Below are positions 30,794-40,896 of a stretch of 64,000 nt of DNA, one piece after another. The stretch lies in the NCBI GenBank assembly GCA_965223265.1, contig OZ244999.1:6304001-6368000 (forward strand), given 5' to 3'. Origin of the DNA: Planctomycetota bacterium. GTDB lineage: Bacteria; Planctomycetota; UBA8108; SXIK01. Positions within the stretch are counted from its first letter, which is position 1; each line of letters opens with the position of its first letter. The position numbers and the translations under genes were made by a program. The notes under the pieces were generated by a model. That model had not been told where the DNA came from. It did no database searches and worked only from the letters and a program-made list of their open reading frames with translations.

Positions 30794-32129
30794 GAGCTGG
30801 TCCGCCCTCCACGTCTACAGTCGTACCTGCGGCGCCGACGGGACCTTGCCACAATTCGTGCCGTGATCTCTCGCCACAAGCGTAGAGTTCAGGCGGAAAG
30901 AACTCGTTCTTTGTAATCTCCCGCAAAACCGTTGTCGCGTAAGCTCCCTTCGGCAAGAAGAAGCGGATCACGAGATCACCGCCGTCAAGATGCCACGATA
31001 GCTCCTGGGGCACCAATCGGATCGCTCGACGCTGCCCTTCCAGCACATCGCTCGGCACCAGCTCCCTGAGCTCCTCTATGTCCACTCCCTCACGCTCGAG
31101 GATCGCCGTCTCGATCGCGGCGGCGTCAAGACCTGGCGCCGGCATCTTGCGGCCGAAGAGCGGCCCACTAGCGCTGATCTCGAATTCGTCCGCACGCTGC
31201 TGCTCGTCCGCAGGGTCCTCGACACGAAACACGGCTCCGTTGCGATGCAGATAGGCGAGATCTCCGCGAAGGAGCCGCGCCAAATCCCCGTCCACACGAC
31301 GCAGTCGCTCCGCGAGCACGAGGTTGAAGAGGTATGACTGGTACGCGGAAAGATACATCTTAAATGCCACGGGAGACAACCGACGGATGGCGCCACTGTA
31401 GTCGTCCGGCCGCTCGACAAGCAGCTTGAGCATGCGCAGTTCGTCCCGGAATCGACCTGGAAACGTTTCGTACGCTGCTTGCACGTCCCCATTCATAAAA
31501 GCCTCCCGAGCCTTGATCACGAGATCATGACGTTCGACGGAAGACGGGCTGCCGAGAAGCAGATCCAGTGCTTCACGCGATCGCTTGTGAATCAGAAGGC
31601 GACCGACGAAATGCGCGTCCATGCGGGTGCCGAAGCGCTGATGGCCGAAAAAGTTCGGCACGCCGTGGCGCTGGATGCGATCGAGAAGCGGTGGCAAGAG
31701 CTGGCTAGCATCTGGGTCGACGTCACGGACTCTGATCGCGAAACGGTTGCCGCGAAGATGCCCAATCCTCAGCTTGTTGCGGTGGAGCTTCGCGCTGCGC
31801 ACCGTGATACCACGCAGGTCCAGCTCAAGGGCCGTCTCCGGCGCGACCCCGCGAAAGGATAGAGTTTGCCGCGTCACGCCGCGGCGGTCCTTCAACCCCG
31901 CGTAGCCCACCGCGCCCTGGCGAACGCGCAGCGCCCCTGCCAGGCGGCGGATCGCCTCAGACGTCGCAATGTCTCGTTTTTCGATCTCGACGTAGCAGTG
32001 CTCGCCGCGGCCTTCAGGGTCGTAAAGCGGGACCTCCTCCACCTCGAAGTCTTCGACGAATCGTTTAATCTCGCCGCCGATTCCGGGGAGATTCACCGTA
32101 AAATACTCGTGAGGGATTCCCGGTAGCAT
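30786..32129 (-). CDS. truD: tRNA pseudouridine(13) synthase TruD (long form)
   Basis: EDFEVEE, YAGLKDRRGVTRQ, LRGNRF, PNFFGHQRFG, SAYQSYLFN and LPKGAYATTVLRE. Confidence 0.95.
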   Translation of the reverse strand: MLPGIPHEYFTVNLPGIGGEIKRFVEDFEVEEVPLYDPEGRGEHCYVEIEKRDIATSEAIRRLAGALRVRQGAVGYAGLKDRRGVTRQTLSFRGVAPETALELDLRGITVRSAKLHRNKLRIGHLRGNRFAIRVRDVDPDASQLLPPLLDRIQRHGVPNFFGHQRFGTRMDAHFVGRLLIHKRSREALDLLLGSPSSVERHDLVIKAREAFMNGDVQAAYETFPGRFRDELRMLKLLVERPDDYSGAIRRLSPVAFKMYLSAYQSYLFNLVLAERLRRVDGDLARLLRGDLAYLHRNGAVFRVEDPADEQQRADEFEISASGPLFGRKMPAPGLDAAAIETAILEREGVDIEELRELVPSDVLEGQRRAIRLVPQELSWHLDGGDLVIRFFLPKGAYATTVLREITKNEFFPPELYACGERSRHELWQGPVGAAGTTVDVEGGPAHG

Positions 32130-32313
32130 GGCGCCGCCAATCCTGCCACGAAGCGCTGTGGCTGGCAAGCCGGCGAGCTCGGGCCTCGGACCGCGCGCCG
32201 CGAAGCATTCAGAAGTCTGTCCGAATTTCCGCTCGAGGGGGTACTTACATTGCGAGGGAAAACCTCGTGCCCAAAGGCCCCTTCGCGATGGACCTAAGGA
32301 TGAAGAGCCGCCT

Positions 32314-32455
32314 GGCTTGGAGCTGAAATCCTGGGCGTCTGCGTCGATATCAGCTGCGGCGAACGCGCATGATCTCCGAGATTTTCGAGTGTCAGCACGG
32401 TCGAGCTAGGAGTGAAGGGGTTGATTTCTCCGTCGAATGACTTTTTCCAGGACTG
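32314..32455. mobile_element. MITE/hairpin repeat family B, degenerate copy 3
   Basis: Shares GATTTTCGAGT..CGGTCGAGCT..GTGAAG..CGAATGACTTTTTC with 18336-18495; left TIR eroded. Confidence 0.65.
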
Positions 32456-32596
32456 TTAAAAGGGATCCATCAGCCGTCTCCCATGTGATAGGATTTTGTT
32501 GGTAGCTTGACCAATCAACCGCACCCGCGGATCAGATTCCGTTCGGCTGCCGGGGCATTTGACATTCTCACCCAATCGCTGAATTGCTTGAGGTAA

Positions 32597-33754
32597 ATGA
32601 TGTACGTCTCTAGTCGTTTTCCAGCTGTGATCGCAGCCTCCCTTCTGGCCGTGTTTGCGACTTCAGTGGCTATCTCCGCGCCCGACGACAATCGTCCGGT
32701 GGGTTCAGATGCCAAGACGGCCGCCGCGACCAAGAAAGCACCGAGCGGTACGTACTCCCTGCCGATACCTCCGAAAGATTTCGCGCCCCCCAAGCTTGTG
32801 GTCGAAGAGGCCGTCTATGACTGGGGCGCAGTGGTCCGCGGTACCGTCGTGACCCACACCTTTCAACTTCACAACAAAGGTGGAACACCGCTGATCATCC
32901 AGCGCGTCAAGCCCGCTTGTGGCTGCACCGCGGTCGACGAACCGAAAGAAGCCATCCCTCCGGGAGGATCGGCACCGGTGACGCTGAAGGTTGATACGAC
33001 CAAATTCAAAGGTTCGATCAAGAAGACAGCGCAGGTGTGGTCGAACACTCCAAGCAGCCCCGACGTGTTGACCCTCCAAGGCGACGTCGACACCGTTTAC
33101 AAGATCGAGCCCGAAAGGCCTCAGATCGAGGTCGTGCGCGGATTCCCCGTTCAGCCCTACAAACTGACGCTCCGGCGCGCTGTCGAGAGTGCCGCGAAGG
33201 TGACAGACGTCACGACAGCGAGCACCGTGTTGACGCCGACGCTCCGAGAGGTCGAGGCGGGACAGCTCTATGAAGTCGATCTCAAGGTCGAGCTCAGCGA
33301 CAACAAGCGCAGCTACTTTTGGGAAGACCTCGTCGTCAAAGTGGCGACCGACGGTCAGGAAGTCGAGATGCCGGTGAAGGTGCAGGTGCGCGTCAAGGAT
33401 CGCATCGACATTTCCCCCAAGTCAGCGTATTTCGCCCATAAGGACACGGAAAAACTGAAAGGCGCCGACGCCCAACCGATCACCAAGACGGTCGATATTA
33501 AGAGCCTAGGTGGCCCTGACCACACGTTCAAGATCGCCGGACTCAAGAACACCAATAAGGCGTTTCAGACGAAGCTCATTACGGTCGAGGAAGGCAAGCA
33601 CTACCAGCTGCAAGTCACGCTTCCGGCTGCGCCCTCCGACGGCAGCAAGATGATCCGTGAGCAGATCATCCTCGAGACAGACGACGATCAGCAAACTGAG
33701 CTGAAAGTCACCGCCATGGCAATGTTCCGCGTCACTCCGGCGAAAAAGAGGTGA
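32597..33754 (+). CDS. DUF1573 domain exported protein
   Basis: Signal peptide, YDWG..HTFQLHNKGGTPL..KPACGCT motif and Ig-like repeats. Confidence 0.85.
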   Translation: MMYVSSRFPAVIAASLLAVFATSVAISAPDDNRPVGSDAKTAAATKKAPSGTYSLPIPPKDFAPPKLVVEEAVYDWGAVVRGTVVTHTFQLHNKGGTPLIIQRVKPACGCTAVDEPKEAIPPGGSAPVTLKVDTTKFKGSIKKTAQVWSNTPSSPDVLTLQGDVDTVYKIEPERPQIEVVRGFPVQPYKLTLRRAVESAAKVTDVTTASTVLTPTLREVEAGQLYEVDLKVELSDNKRSYFWEDLVVKVATDGQEVEMPVKVQVRVKDRIDISPKSAYFAHKDTEKLKGADAQPITKTVDIKSLGGPDHTFKIAGLKNTNKAFQTKLITVEEGKHYQLQVTLPAAPSDGSKMIREQIILETDDDQQTELKVTAMAMFRVTPAKKR

Positions 33755-34911
33755 ATCGGAACACCAACTGGCTGATCGTGACGTTGATCTCGACGCTGGC
33801 CACAATTCAATGGTTCATCCTTCAACCATTGGCTGCGGCCGGCGTCGAGATCAACCGACCTGCAGCGCTCGAGAGCGTCGACTCGGAGCTTGAACTCGAC
33901 GAGGGCGCGGAAGAGGGTACCGAGGAGCCCGGCGAAGAGTCGAATTCCAGCCTTCGGCCGGAGAGCGCCGTGTACAACTGGGGCACTCTCTTTCGCGGCG
34001 AAGAGATCGGCCACACTTTCACCCTGATCAATCAGGGCGACCGCCCGATTCGAATACTCGAAGTCAAGCCAGCATGCGGTTGCACATTGGTGCAGGAGTC
34101 CCTCGCCGGGAGCACTGTGGATCCGGGCGCAAAAGTTCGCATTCCGCTGCGCCTCGACACCAGCGCCTTTCGTGGCGGCTTGAAAAAGTACACAGAAGTA
34201 TTGACCGACGACGCGCGCGTCGGGATCAAGCTGTGGATGCGCGGCGAAGTGGTCGACCTGGTCAAGCTCGACCCCGAGCAGCCGGTCGTCGACGTGGTTT
34301 GCGGCTCAACAGAAAGACCAGAACCCTTTGCACTACAGATTCTGCCGCAGGCAAAGGGGCAAGCCCGTGTCCAGCGCGTTAAGGCGCGACACGGCCTTCT
34401 GCACGTCGAGCAGCAGCAGCTGGAGACCGACTCCCTCGAGCTGGCGCGCTTGCGGCTTTCCGTCAACGCCAGCGACGAGAAGACACCAGGAATCGAAACC
34501 GAGATCCTCGAGTGCGACATCACCCTCGATGGCCGAAAGCACAGAATCAGGCTCCCCGTTACCGTCAAACTGAGACCTCGCATCGCGCTCACGCCACTGA
34601 AGTCAGCATATTTTCGCCGAAAAGAAACCGCAGAATTGAAGAAGAACCCGGAGGCTCACGTCGAGAAGACGCTCGAGCTGCAGAGCATCGGCGGAGCAGG
34701 ACACAAGTTTCGTATCGTCAGTGTCGCTGAGCTGAAAGCGCCTTTCGCTGTGCGACTCCTCGAAGCGGAGGCAGGAAAGCGGTACGCGCTGACGATCACG
34801 GTAGCGCGCCCTGCAGGACAAAACGTACGTTTCGCAAAAGCGGTGGTCGAGATCAAGACCGACGACCCGCTCGTGCCGCTGATCAAGGTGCCGGTGCGCG
34901 CTCAGTTCTAG
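33751..34911 (+). CDS. DUF1573 domain exported protein (paralog)
   Basis: YNWG..HTFTLINQGDRPI..KPACGCT; GTGA overlap with the previous gene. Confidence 0.85.
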   Translation: MNRNTNWLIVTLISTLATIQWFILQPLAAAGVEINRPAALESVDSELELDEGAEEGTEEPGEESNSSLRPESAVYNWGTLFRGEEIGHTFTLINQGDRPIRILEVKPACGCTLVQESLAGSTVDPGAKVRIPLRLDTSAFRGGLKKYTEVLTDDARVGIKLWMRGEVVDLVKLDPEQPVVDVVCGSTERPEPFALQILPQAKGQARVQRVKARHGLLHVEQQQLETDSLELARLRLSVNASDEKTPGIETEILECDITLDGRKHRIRLPVTVKLRPRIALTPLKSAYFRRKETAELKKNPEAHVEKTLELQSIGGAGHKFRIVSVAELKAPFAVRLLEAEAGKRYALTITVARPAGQNVRFAKAVVEIKTDDPLVPLIKVPVRAQF

Positions 34912-34958
34912 TGCGTCGTGGCTACAGACTTGGCGGACGAAAGATGATCCCAGGACGA

Positions 34959-36983
34959 TCAAGGTCGTTCCGGACGCTCCAGCCGAAACTCATTTCGCTG
35001 TGCGTCGATCGTGTACTTGAAGTGTTGCAGAAAATTCAGTCCGAGCAGAGCCGTGTCGGCACCAACACTTGCAGGTAAGACGAGAACCCGCAAGTTACGG
35101 ACACTGTAGCCCTGTAAGCTGACCGAACGCATCTGGATGAGTGGAGTGCTGATGACCCCCCCTGCCGTTCGGACATTGACGCGCTCTGCACGGCGTAGGT
35201 CATAGCCCAACTGTTCTGCTAGCTGCCACGGAATCGCCGTGTAAGTCGCGCCCGTATCGATGATGAAGCTGAATTCGTCACGACGGCCATCGACGACAAC
35301 ACCGGCGCGAAGGGTTGAGCTCCCCGGTGCGATCGGAATCACGACGGCATCGCGACGACGCAGCGCGTCGTCGATACGACGCAGCAGCGTGTCGACGGCG
35401 TCAGCAACCCCGGAATCTAAAGCCCTTGCTTGCTGCAGAAGCAGCACAGCGTCGTCAAAGGCTTCAAGGTCCACGTAGAGGCGCGCCAGCTCGACTTGCA
35501 AAGCCGCGGAGTTTGGCAGCTGCTCGATCGCTTCGATCAACGCCAACTCCGCGAGACGAACGTCTGACACCGCGATCGCCTCTCTTGCACTTAAAAGATA
35601 GGCGTGTTCGACAAGCTGTTCGAGCGTTGCGCTCGGTCGCAGCTGGCGCGCTTGAAGCAACGCTGCGATGGCCTCGTCAAACTGACTCAAGTGGAGACAC
35701 GCTTCGCCGTAGGCTTGCCACAACCCCGGGGCGTCGTCGTAGCGGACGAGTGCAGCATCGGCGACCGCTAGCAAGTCCTCCCACATCGCCAAGCGGGCCA
35801 AACGTGCGATTTCTTCGCCATAACTCGTGCGCAGCAGACGCTCGGCCTCCTCAATCGTCGAGGCGTCGGGTGCGTCCACAAATCGCCGTTCGAGTGCGCG
35901 CACCATGAGACTGACGGCGTCCGCCCATTTCTTCTGACGGATCGCTTCCTTGCCGCGCTCGAAGAGATCGGAGAAAGTGCCGGCATAGACACGGTCCGTG
36001 AGCTGCTGCAGCGTCATAGAGACAGGAAAATCCGCCAGGCGAGCGAGGGCCGCGGCGGAGTCGACTCTCACATTCGGCTGATCAGGTACTGCCACTCCGT
36101 CCACGGCGCCGCCGTCTTCGCTCTTGGCGACGCGCCCACAGAGCCCTATGAGCGTCGCGTTGCGATCCACCACGGCGAAAGCGTCGTCGAGCGATGCGCC
36201 AGAGCTTGAGACGATCCCACGCGGAACGCGGTCGATGGCGCTGCGCTCAACACGCTCGAGGCTGGCTCTGATGGGCGTCGCCGCGCCTCCGAACGCGACC
36301 ACGTCGGCCGGCGTCTCGATCATCTCCAAACTCAGGCTGAGAATCTCTACCCAGGGATCGTCACGCGACTGACCAGCAAGCCTCACGAGTGCCTGATTCG
36401 AATCGTCATCACTGCCTACGAGGCCGACGACATCGACCGACTCCGACTTGCGACTCAGGAACCTCGCGGTGGCGCTGTACGCGCCGAGGAGAGGAGAGAA
36501 ACGACACAAAACGACTCCCCCGGCGCCGACCACGACGCCGCGCATCTCGCGCAGAGGCTTCCCGTTCGCGTCGCGCAATTCGAGAACGACGACGCTCGGG
36601 ACAACGGTTTCGCCCACCTGACGCAGAGACAGAGGCGGCGCTTCCTGCTCCTCGACCGACTCAATGGTGACACCCTCACGCCAATTCTCAGGGATCTCGT
36701 CACCGTCCGGCTTGAGCGCGGGTCGCTCGGTTGAAACCCGGTTACTGTCGTTGTGCAGTGAGGCGGATGAGCTGTCTTCTACGGCTCCATTGCGCAAGAC
36801 GTAGAGGGCGCCACCAAGAAGCAGCAGGAGAACCGCGAGCAACGCGAATGGCCAAACGCCACGGTTCGAACGGACCGCCGGCTGGCGCGGTTGCGGCTGC
36901 TGAGGTGTCGGGATCCGGACCCCGCAGAAGCTGCAGTAGCGCGACGATTCCGCACACGTGTTTCCGCAGCTCGGACAGCGCAT
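34959..36983 (-). CDS. Zn-ribbon/TM/TPR protein with C-terminal retropepsin-like (clan AA) aspartic protease
   Basis: CPSC..CSFC, a TM helix, TPR helices, FIIDTGATYTAI and ALLGLNFL. Confidence 0.85.
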   Translation of the reverse strand: MRCPSCGNTCAESSRYCSFCGVRIPTPQQPQPRQPAVRSNRGVWPFALLAVLLLLLGGALYVLRNGAVEDSSSASLHNDSNRVSTERPALKPDGDEIPENWREGVTIESVEEQEAPPLSLRQVGETVVPSVVVLELRDANGKPLREMRGVVVGAGGVVLCRFSPLLGAYSATARFLSRKSESVDVVGLVGSDDDSNQALVRLAGQSRDDPWVEILSLSLEMIETPADVVAFGGAATPIRASLERVERSAIDRVPRGIVSSSGASLDDAFAVVDRNATLIGLCGRVAKSEDGGAVDGVAVPDQPNVRVDSAAALARLADFPVSMTLQQLTDRVYAGTFSDLFERGKEAIRQKKWADAVSLMVRALERRFVDAPDASTIEEAERLLRTSYGEEIARLARLAMWEDLLAVADAALVRYDDAPGLWQAYGEACLHLSQFDEAIAALLQARQLRPSATLEQLVEHAYLLSAREAIAVSDVRLAELALIEAIEQLPNSAALQVELARLYVDLEAFDDAVLLLQQARALDSGVADAVDTLLRRIDDALRRRDAVVIPIAPGSSTLRAGVVVDGRRDEFSFIIDTGATYTAIPWQLAEQLGYDLRRAERVNVRTAGGVISTPLIQMRSVSLQGYSVRNLRVLVLPASVGADTALLGLNFLQHFKYTIDAQRNEFRLERPERP

Positions 36984-37119
36984 CGCTCACCTTCGTTCGT
37001 CGTACCTCTTCTCAAGTATGGAGTCCGACCGCTCGGCGCACAAGGCTTCAGGGAAGTTCCGGAATCATCCAAACTTCACGACGACGTTGCCCAGAACGTC
37101 GACTCTCGGCGCGACGGGG

Positions 37120-38313
37120 TTATCGCGCAGCGGAAAACTCAAGCGTACCCGCACCGACGAGAAACGCGCTGTATCTCCCATTCTCGGGCCGATTGAGATC
37201 GAGCTCGAACTTCATGGGCTGAAGCGCATCCACGCCAGCACGCAGCCACTCTGCAAGATCACGAGCCAGCAGCACGACGCCGGCTGGCTCCTGGCCACGA
37301 TCGGGGGCTGGAATCAAGGCGCCCAACTCCCGGTAGAGAATCGGAACCAGGGTGCCATCCTTTACCGGATCGAGGATGGCCTCCCGCACCGTACGGGCAA
37401 GCTCATCGCTGCTACCCGAGAATTCAGTGCGAACGGTGAACGAGACATGTCCGTCGCCATGAAAATCACCGACGGCCTCGACACTTTTCCACCCGGAGAG
37501 TAACACGTCATCGCTCGTTAAATCCACGAAGAGCGGGCTCGGTCGCGCAGCAAACTCGAATCCTGCACGGCGTCCCTGTGGCGCGCCTGAGAGGAACGAA
37601 GCTGCGAACTGCGACTTCGGCGCAAGGTTTTTCAGACTCAAGTCGTCCGGACGTGCCAAGGCGAACGGCAAGGAGCGGGCCCTTTGACGCTCGAGCTGAA
37701 GAGCCGCGCGCAAGTAATGCCGAGAGGTCGAGAGGAAAACGAAATCACCCGCCCCAGTAGCACAGAACTCGATCGCTGGGTTGATCAGAGAATACAGGCA
37801 GGTCAGCTCGACGTCACGACGCAAGGCGGCGTCGAGCTCTGCAGCTGGGATTCGCGTTGCCGCAGCGAATAGCGCCTCGCGAAGGGAGCTAAGGATCTTG
37901 TCACGATTCTCCGATCCGACGTCAAAGGCAGCGAGCCACTCGCGGTGTCGGCCGTTGAACCGCGCTGCGACAACAAACTCCCTAGAAATCAGTGGCCACC
38001 AGTCGGTCTGCGCGAAAACGCCTCGGAAGAGTTGAATCTCCTTCTTGCGCAGCTTTAGCTCTTCGCCGCCCGCACGCTGGAGCAGATACCGCCCCCAACC
38101 GTCCAGAAACGACGGCTGTGCTAGAGCATCACGCAGGGCGGTTATGCGAGCCTGCACTTCTTCCTGAGGTGCATCCGGGAGAACAACACGAAGGTAGAGC
38201 TCAGAATCGGCTGGAACGACGTGCGCCAGGGACGCCCCGGCAGACACTGCGGAGCGCGTCGCCGCGACGATGAGAATCGCAGCGAACAGTTTTTTGACGC
38301 CGCTTGGTGACAT
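37120..38313 (-). CDS. Hypothetical exported protein
   Basis: Signal-peptide-like N-terminus (MSPSGVKKLFAAILIVAA), then LAHVVPADSELYL. GGAG RBS before the ATG at 38313. Confidence 0.6.
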   Translation of the reverse strand: MSPSGVKKLFAAILIVAATRSAVSAGASLAHVVPADSELYLRVVLPDAPQEEVQARITALRDALAQPSFLDGWGRYLLQRAGGEELKLRKKEIQLFRGVFAQTDWWPLISREFVVAARFNGRHREWLAAFDVGSENRDKILSSLREALFAAATRIPAAELDAALRRDVELTCLYSLINPAIEFCATGAGDFVFLSTSRHYLRAALQLERQRARSLPFALARPDDLSLKNLAPKSQFAASFLSGAPQGRRAGFEFAARPSPLFVDLTSDDVLLSGWKSVEAVGDFHGDGHVSFTVRTEFSGSSDELARTVREAILDPVKDGTLVPILYRELGALIPAPDRGQEPAGVVLLARDLAEWLRAGVDALQPMKFELDLNRPENGRYSAFLVGAGTLEFSAAR

Positions 38314-38417
38314 ATCATCGCTCCATAGTCCACGCCGTGAACATCTTGTCGTGATTCTCCGACTCAAGCGTGCATTTGCAGACAGTGTCGCGAGCTTCAC
38401 GCGTGCGAGAATCTTGA

Positions 38418-39410
38418 TCAACTGTACATCCATTCAAGAATCGCTTTTTGCGCATGCAGGCGGTTCTCCGCTTGGCGCATCACCACCGACTGTTGAGAGT
38501 CCATCACCTCGTCCGTGACGACGACGTTACGCCGCACCGGTAAGCAATGCATGAAATACGCCCGCCGCGTCAGCGACATGACCTCCTTGTCGACGATCCA
38601 GTCACCGTGTCGAGCGCGGAGTTCGCTCTCCGCCTCCGCATCTTCGTAACGGGACAGTCCAGCCCAAGCCTTGGCGTAGATCACGTCTGCGTCGCGGGCC
38701 CCTTCATGTCGATCGTGGGTCACCCGCACACTTCCTCCCGCCTTCTTCGTGAAGTCTCGCGCTAAATCCATGATGCCGTCGTGCAGTTCGAACCCAGGAG
38801 GATGCGCCAGCGTTACATCCATGCCGACGCGCGTGGCGGCAAGAAGGATAGAGTTCGCAACCGCCATCGGCAACGCACGTGGATGGCTAGCCCAGGTGAT
38901 GCTGATCTTTCGCCCCTTGAAGCCTTCAAACAGCTCGCGGACCGTAAGCAAGTCTGCCATCGCTTGACATGGATGGTAGACAGCCGACTCCATGTTGAAC
39001 ACGGGAATCTTAGCGTGCTCCATAAAGGATGAAAACGTGCGGTCGAGCAAATCGTTCTCACGGTTCACGCCACGTGCAAAGCAGCGCAGACCGACCCCAT
39101 CGAAATAACGTGACAGCACCCCCATGGCCTCTTGCACGTGCTCGGAACTCTCGCCATCCATTCTCTTTCCGAACTCAGTTTCGAGCTTCCAGAGCGTCTG
39201 CCCTTCCAGATTCGTCACACCAGCGGCGAGTTGTCGGATGGCAACCTCGAAGGAACACCGTGTCCGCAGAGATGGATCGAGAAAAAGGAGGCCGATTTGC
39301 TTGTTCTCGAGTCCCCGGGTGTACCGATTCTCTTTGTGATAGAGCGCACGATCCAAGAACGTGTCGATCTGAGCTGGAGAGAACTCGTTCAGACTGTAGA
39401 AGTGACGCAT
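38418..39410 (-). CDS. argF: N-acyl-ornithine carbamoyltransferase (ArgF' type, probably N-succinyl)
   Basis: PSLRTR, MDGESSEH, NMESAVYHPCQ, HPRALPMAVANS and HCLPVRRN: AOTCase/SOTCase-family motifs rather than classical OTC. Confidence 0.9.
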   Translation of the reverse strand: MRHFYSLNEFSPAQIDTFLDRALYHKENRYTRGLENKQIGLLFLDPSLRTRCSFEVAIRQLAAGVTNLEGQTLWKLETEFGKRMDGESSEHVQEAMGVLSRYFDGVGLRCFARGVNRENDLLDRTFSSFMEHAKIPVFNMESAVYHPCQAMADLLTVRELFEGFKGRKISITWASHPRALPMAVANSILLAATRVGMDVTLAHPPGFELHDGIMDLARDFTKKAGGSVRVTHDRHEGARDADVIYAKAWAGLSRYEDAEAESELRARHGDWIVDKEVMSLTRRAYFMHCLPVRRNVVVTDEVMDSQQSVVMRQAENRLHAQKAILEWMYS

Positions 39411-39532
39411 GAGTGTTTCCTCTCACGGTCATACGGGGTACGACCGCTTCTTTTCCGTGTACGGGAGACTCGGCAATGTGCTCCACGCGGCGCAGGGAGC
39501 TCCCAGGGGAGCGGCCCCGAGCCAAACCATGA

Positions 39533-39560
39533 ATTATACTCTCGTGCGACGACGCGCAAA
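39533..39560 (-). promoter_or_regulatory. Possible internal sigma-70 promoter for argF'
   Basis: Minus strand TTTGCG-N16-TATAAT in the 170-bp argD-argF' gap. Confidence 0.4.
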
Positions 39561-39580
39561 AGCACCAAGCAATCCGCCGC

Positions 39581-40759
39581 TCACGCAGCGAAAGCCTCGA
39601 ACGCATCAAAGAAGGCAGACCATTCCGCCGCTGTCGCTGTCAGCGGTGGCAGCAGGCGCAAAGTGTTCGGTTCGTCGGCTTTGCCGACCAAAATGCGCCG
39701 CTGCACAAGATGTTTATGGAGCTCCGACGCGGGCTGCTCACACTCGACGCCGATGAGGTAGCCGAGACCGCGCACGTCACGGACGACGCCGCGCCCGATC
39801 ATGCCTCGAAGGCGCTCGATCGCTTCAGCTCCGAGGCGGGCCACCTTGGCGAGGAGCTCTTCCTTGATGATCGTTCGATAGGTCGCCGCCACCGCGGCTG
39901 CCGCGAGCGGTCCACCGCCGAACGTGCTGCCATGGTCGCCTACCTTCACCGCCTCGCTGATCTCGCCGCTTGCGAGTACAACACCGACGGGAAAGCCTCC
40001 GCCGACGCCCTTGGCCGTGGTCACCAGGTCTGGCTCGACGTCCCAATGTGCTCCGGCGAACCACTTTCCGGTTCGACCTGTGCCCGTCTGGACCTCGTCG
40101 AAGATCAACTGGATCCCGTGGGCTGTGCAGTAGTCCCGAAGACCGCGGTAGTAATCGGGCTCCGCCATGTAGACGCCCCGCATGCTCTGCACGGGTTCGA
40201 GCAACACGGCGGCAACGTCGTCGGGTGGCAGCCGCTGGACTGCATCGAGATCACCGAGTTCGACGAAATGCGTGCAACCGACGAGGTTTTCCTGAAACAT
40301 GTTTCGCAATCGCGGACTCCACGTCACGCTCAAACTTGCGATGGTGCGGCCATGAAACCCTCCCTGCATGGCGACCACGGTCGAACGAGCGGTGTGCTTG
40401 CGTGCCAGCTTGAGCGCAGTCTCGTTCGCTTCAGCGCCCGAGTTACAGAAAAAAACGGTGCGCATGGACGTGTAGGAATGTTCGACCAGTAGCTCCGCCG
40501 CCTCGGCACGTTTGGGATGAAAGCAGACGTTCGAATAGAAATCGAGCTCGTCGAGCTGACGCTTCAAGGCGGCAACCCAGGCTGGATGCGAGTGCCCGAG
40601 AAGGGAAACCGCATGGCCACCGTAGAAATCGAGGTAACGATTGCCGCTATCATCCCAGACGTAACAACCCTCTCCCCGCACAAGCGCGAAAGGGAACTTG
40701 CCATAGGTCGGCAGGAGAAACTGTTTCTCCTGTTGGTAGGCTTCTTTGCTTTGGTTCAT
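39581..40759 (-). CDS. argD: Acetyl/succinyl-ornithine aminotransferase (class III)
   Basis: FCNSGAEANE, FHGRT, IFDEVQTGTGRTG and TTAKGVGGGFP; located in the arg operon. Confidence 0.92.
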   Translation of the reverse strand: MNQSKEAYQQEKQFLLPTYGKFPFALVRGEGCYVWDDSGNRYLDFYGGHAVSLLGHSHPAWVAALKRQLDELDFYSNVCFHPKRAEAAELLVEHSYTSMRTVFFCNSGAEANETALKLARKHTARSTVVAMQGGFHGRTIASLSVTWSPRLRNMFQENLVGCTHFVELGDLDAVQRLPPDDVAAVLLEPVQSMRGVYMAEPDYYRGLRDYCTAHGIQLIFDEVQTGTGRTGKWFAGAHWDVEPDLVTTAKGVGGGFPVGVVLASGEISEAVKVGDHGSTFGGGPLAAAAVAATYRTIIKEELLAKVARLGAEAIERLRGMIGRGVVRDVRGLGYLIGVECEQPASELHKHLVQRRILVGKADEPNTLRLLPPLTATAAEWSAFFDAFEAFAA

Positions 40760-40896
40760 TGTTTTTCATCCTGATCGATCGAAGCGCGCTTGGGTACGCA
40801 CGTCGAAAAGTCGTCGTTCAAGGAATGATCGGTACCGACGGAGACACGAACCGCGACGGCAACAGGAAGCTGCTGCGTCAGCCGGCGGTCGCGATT

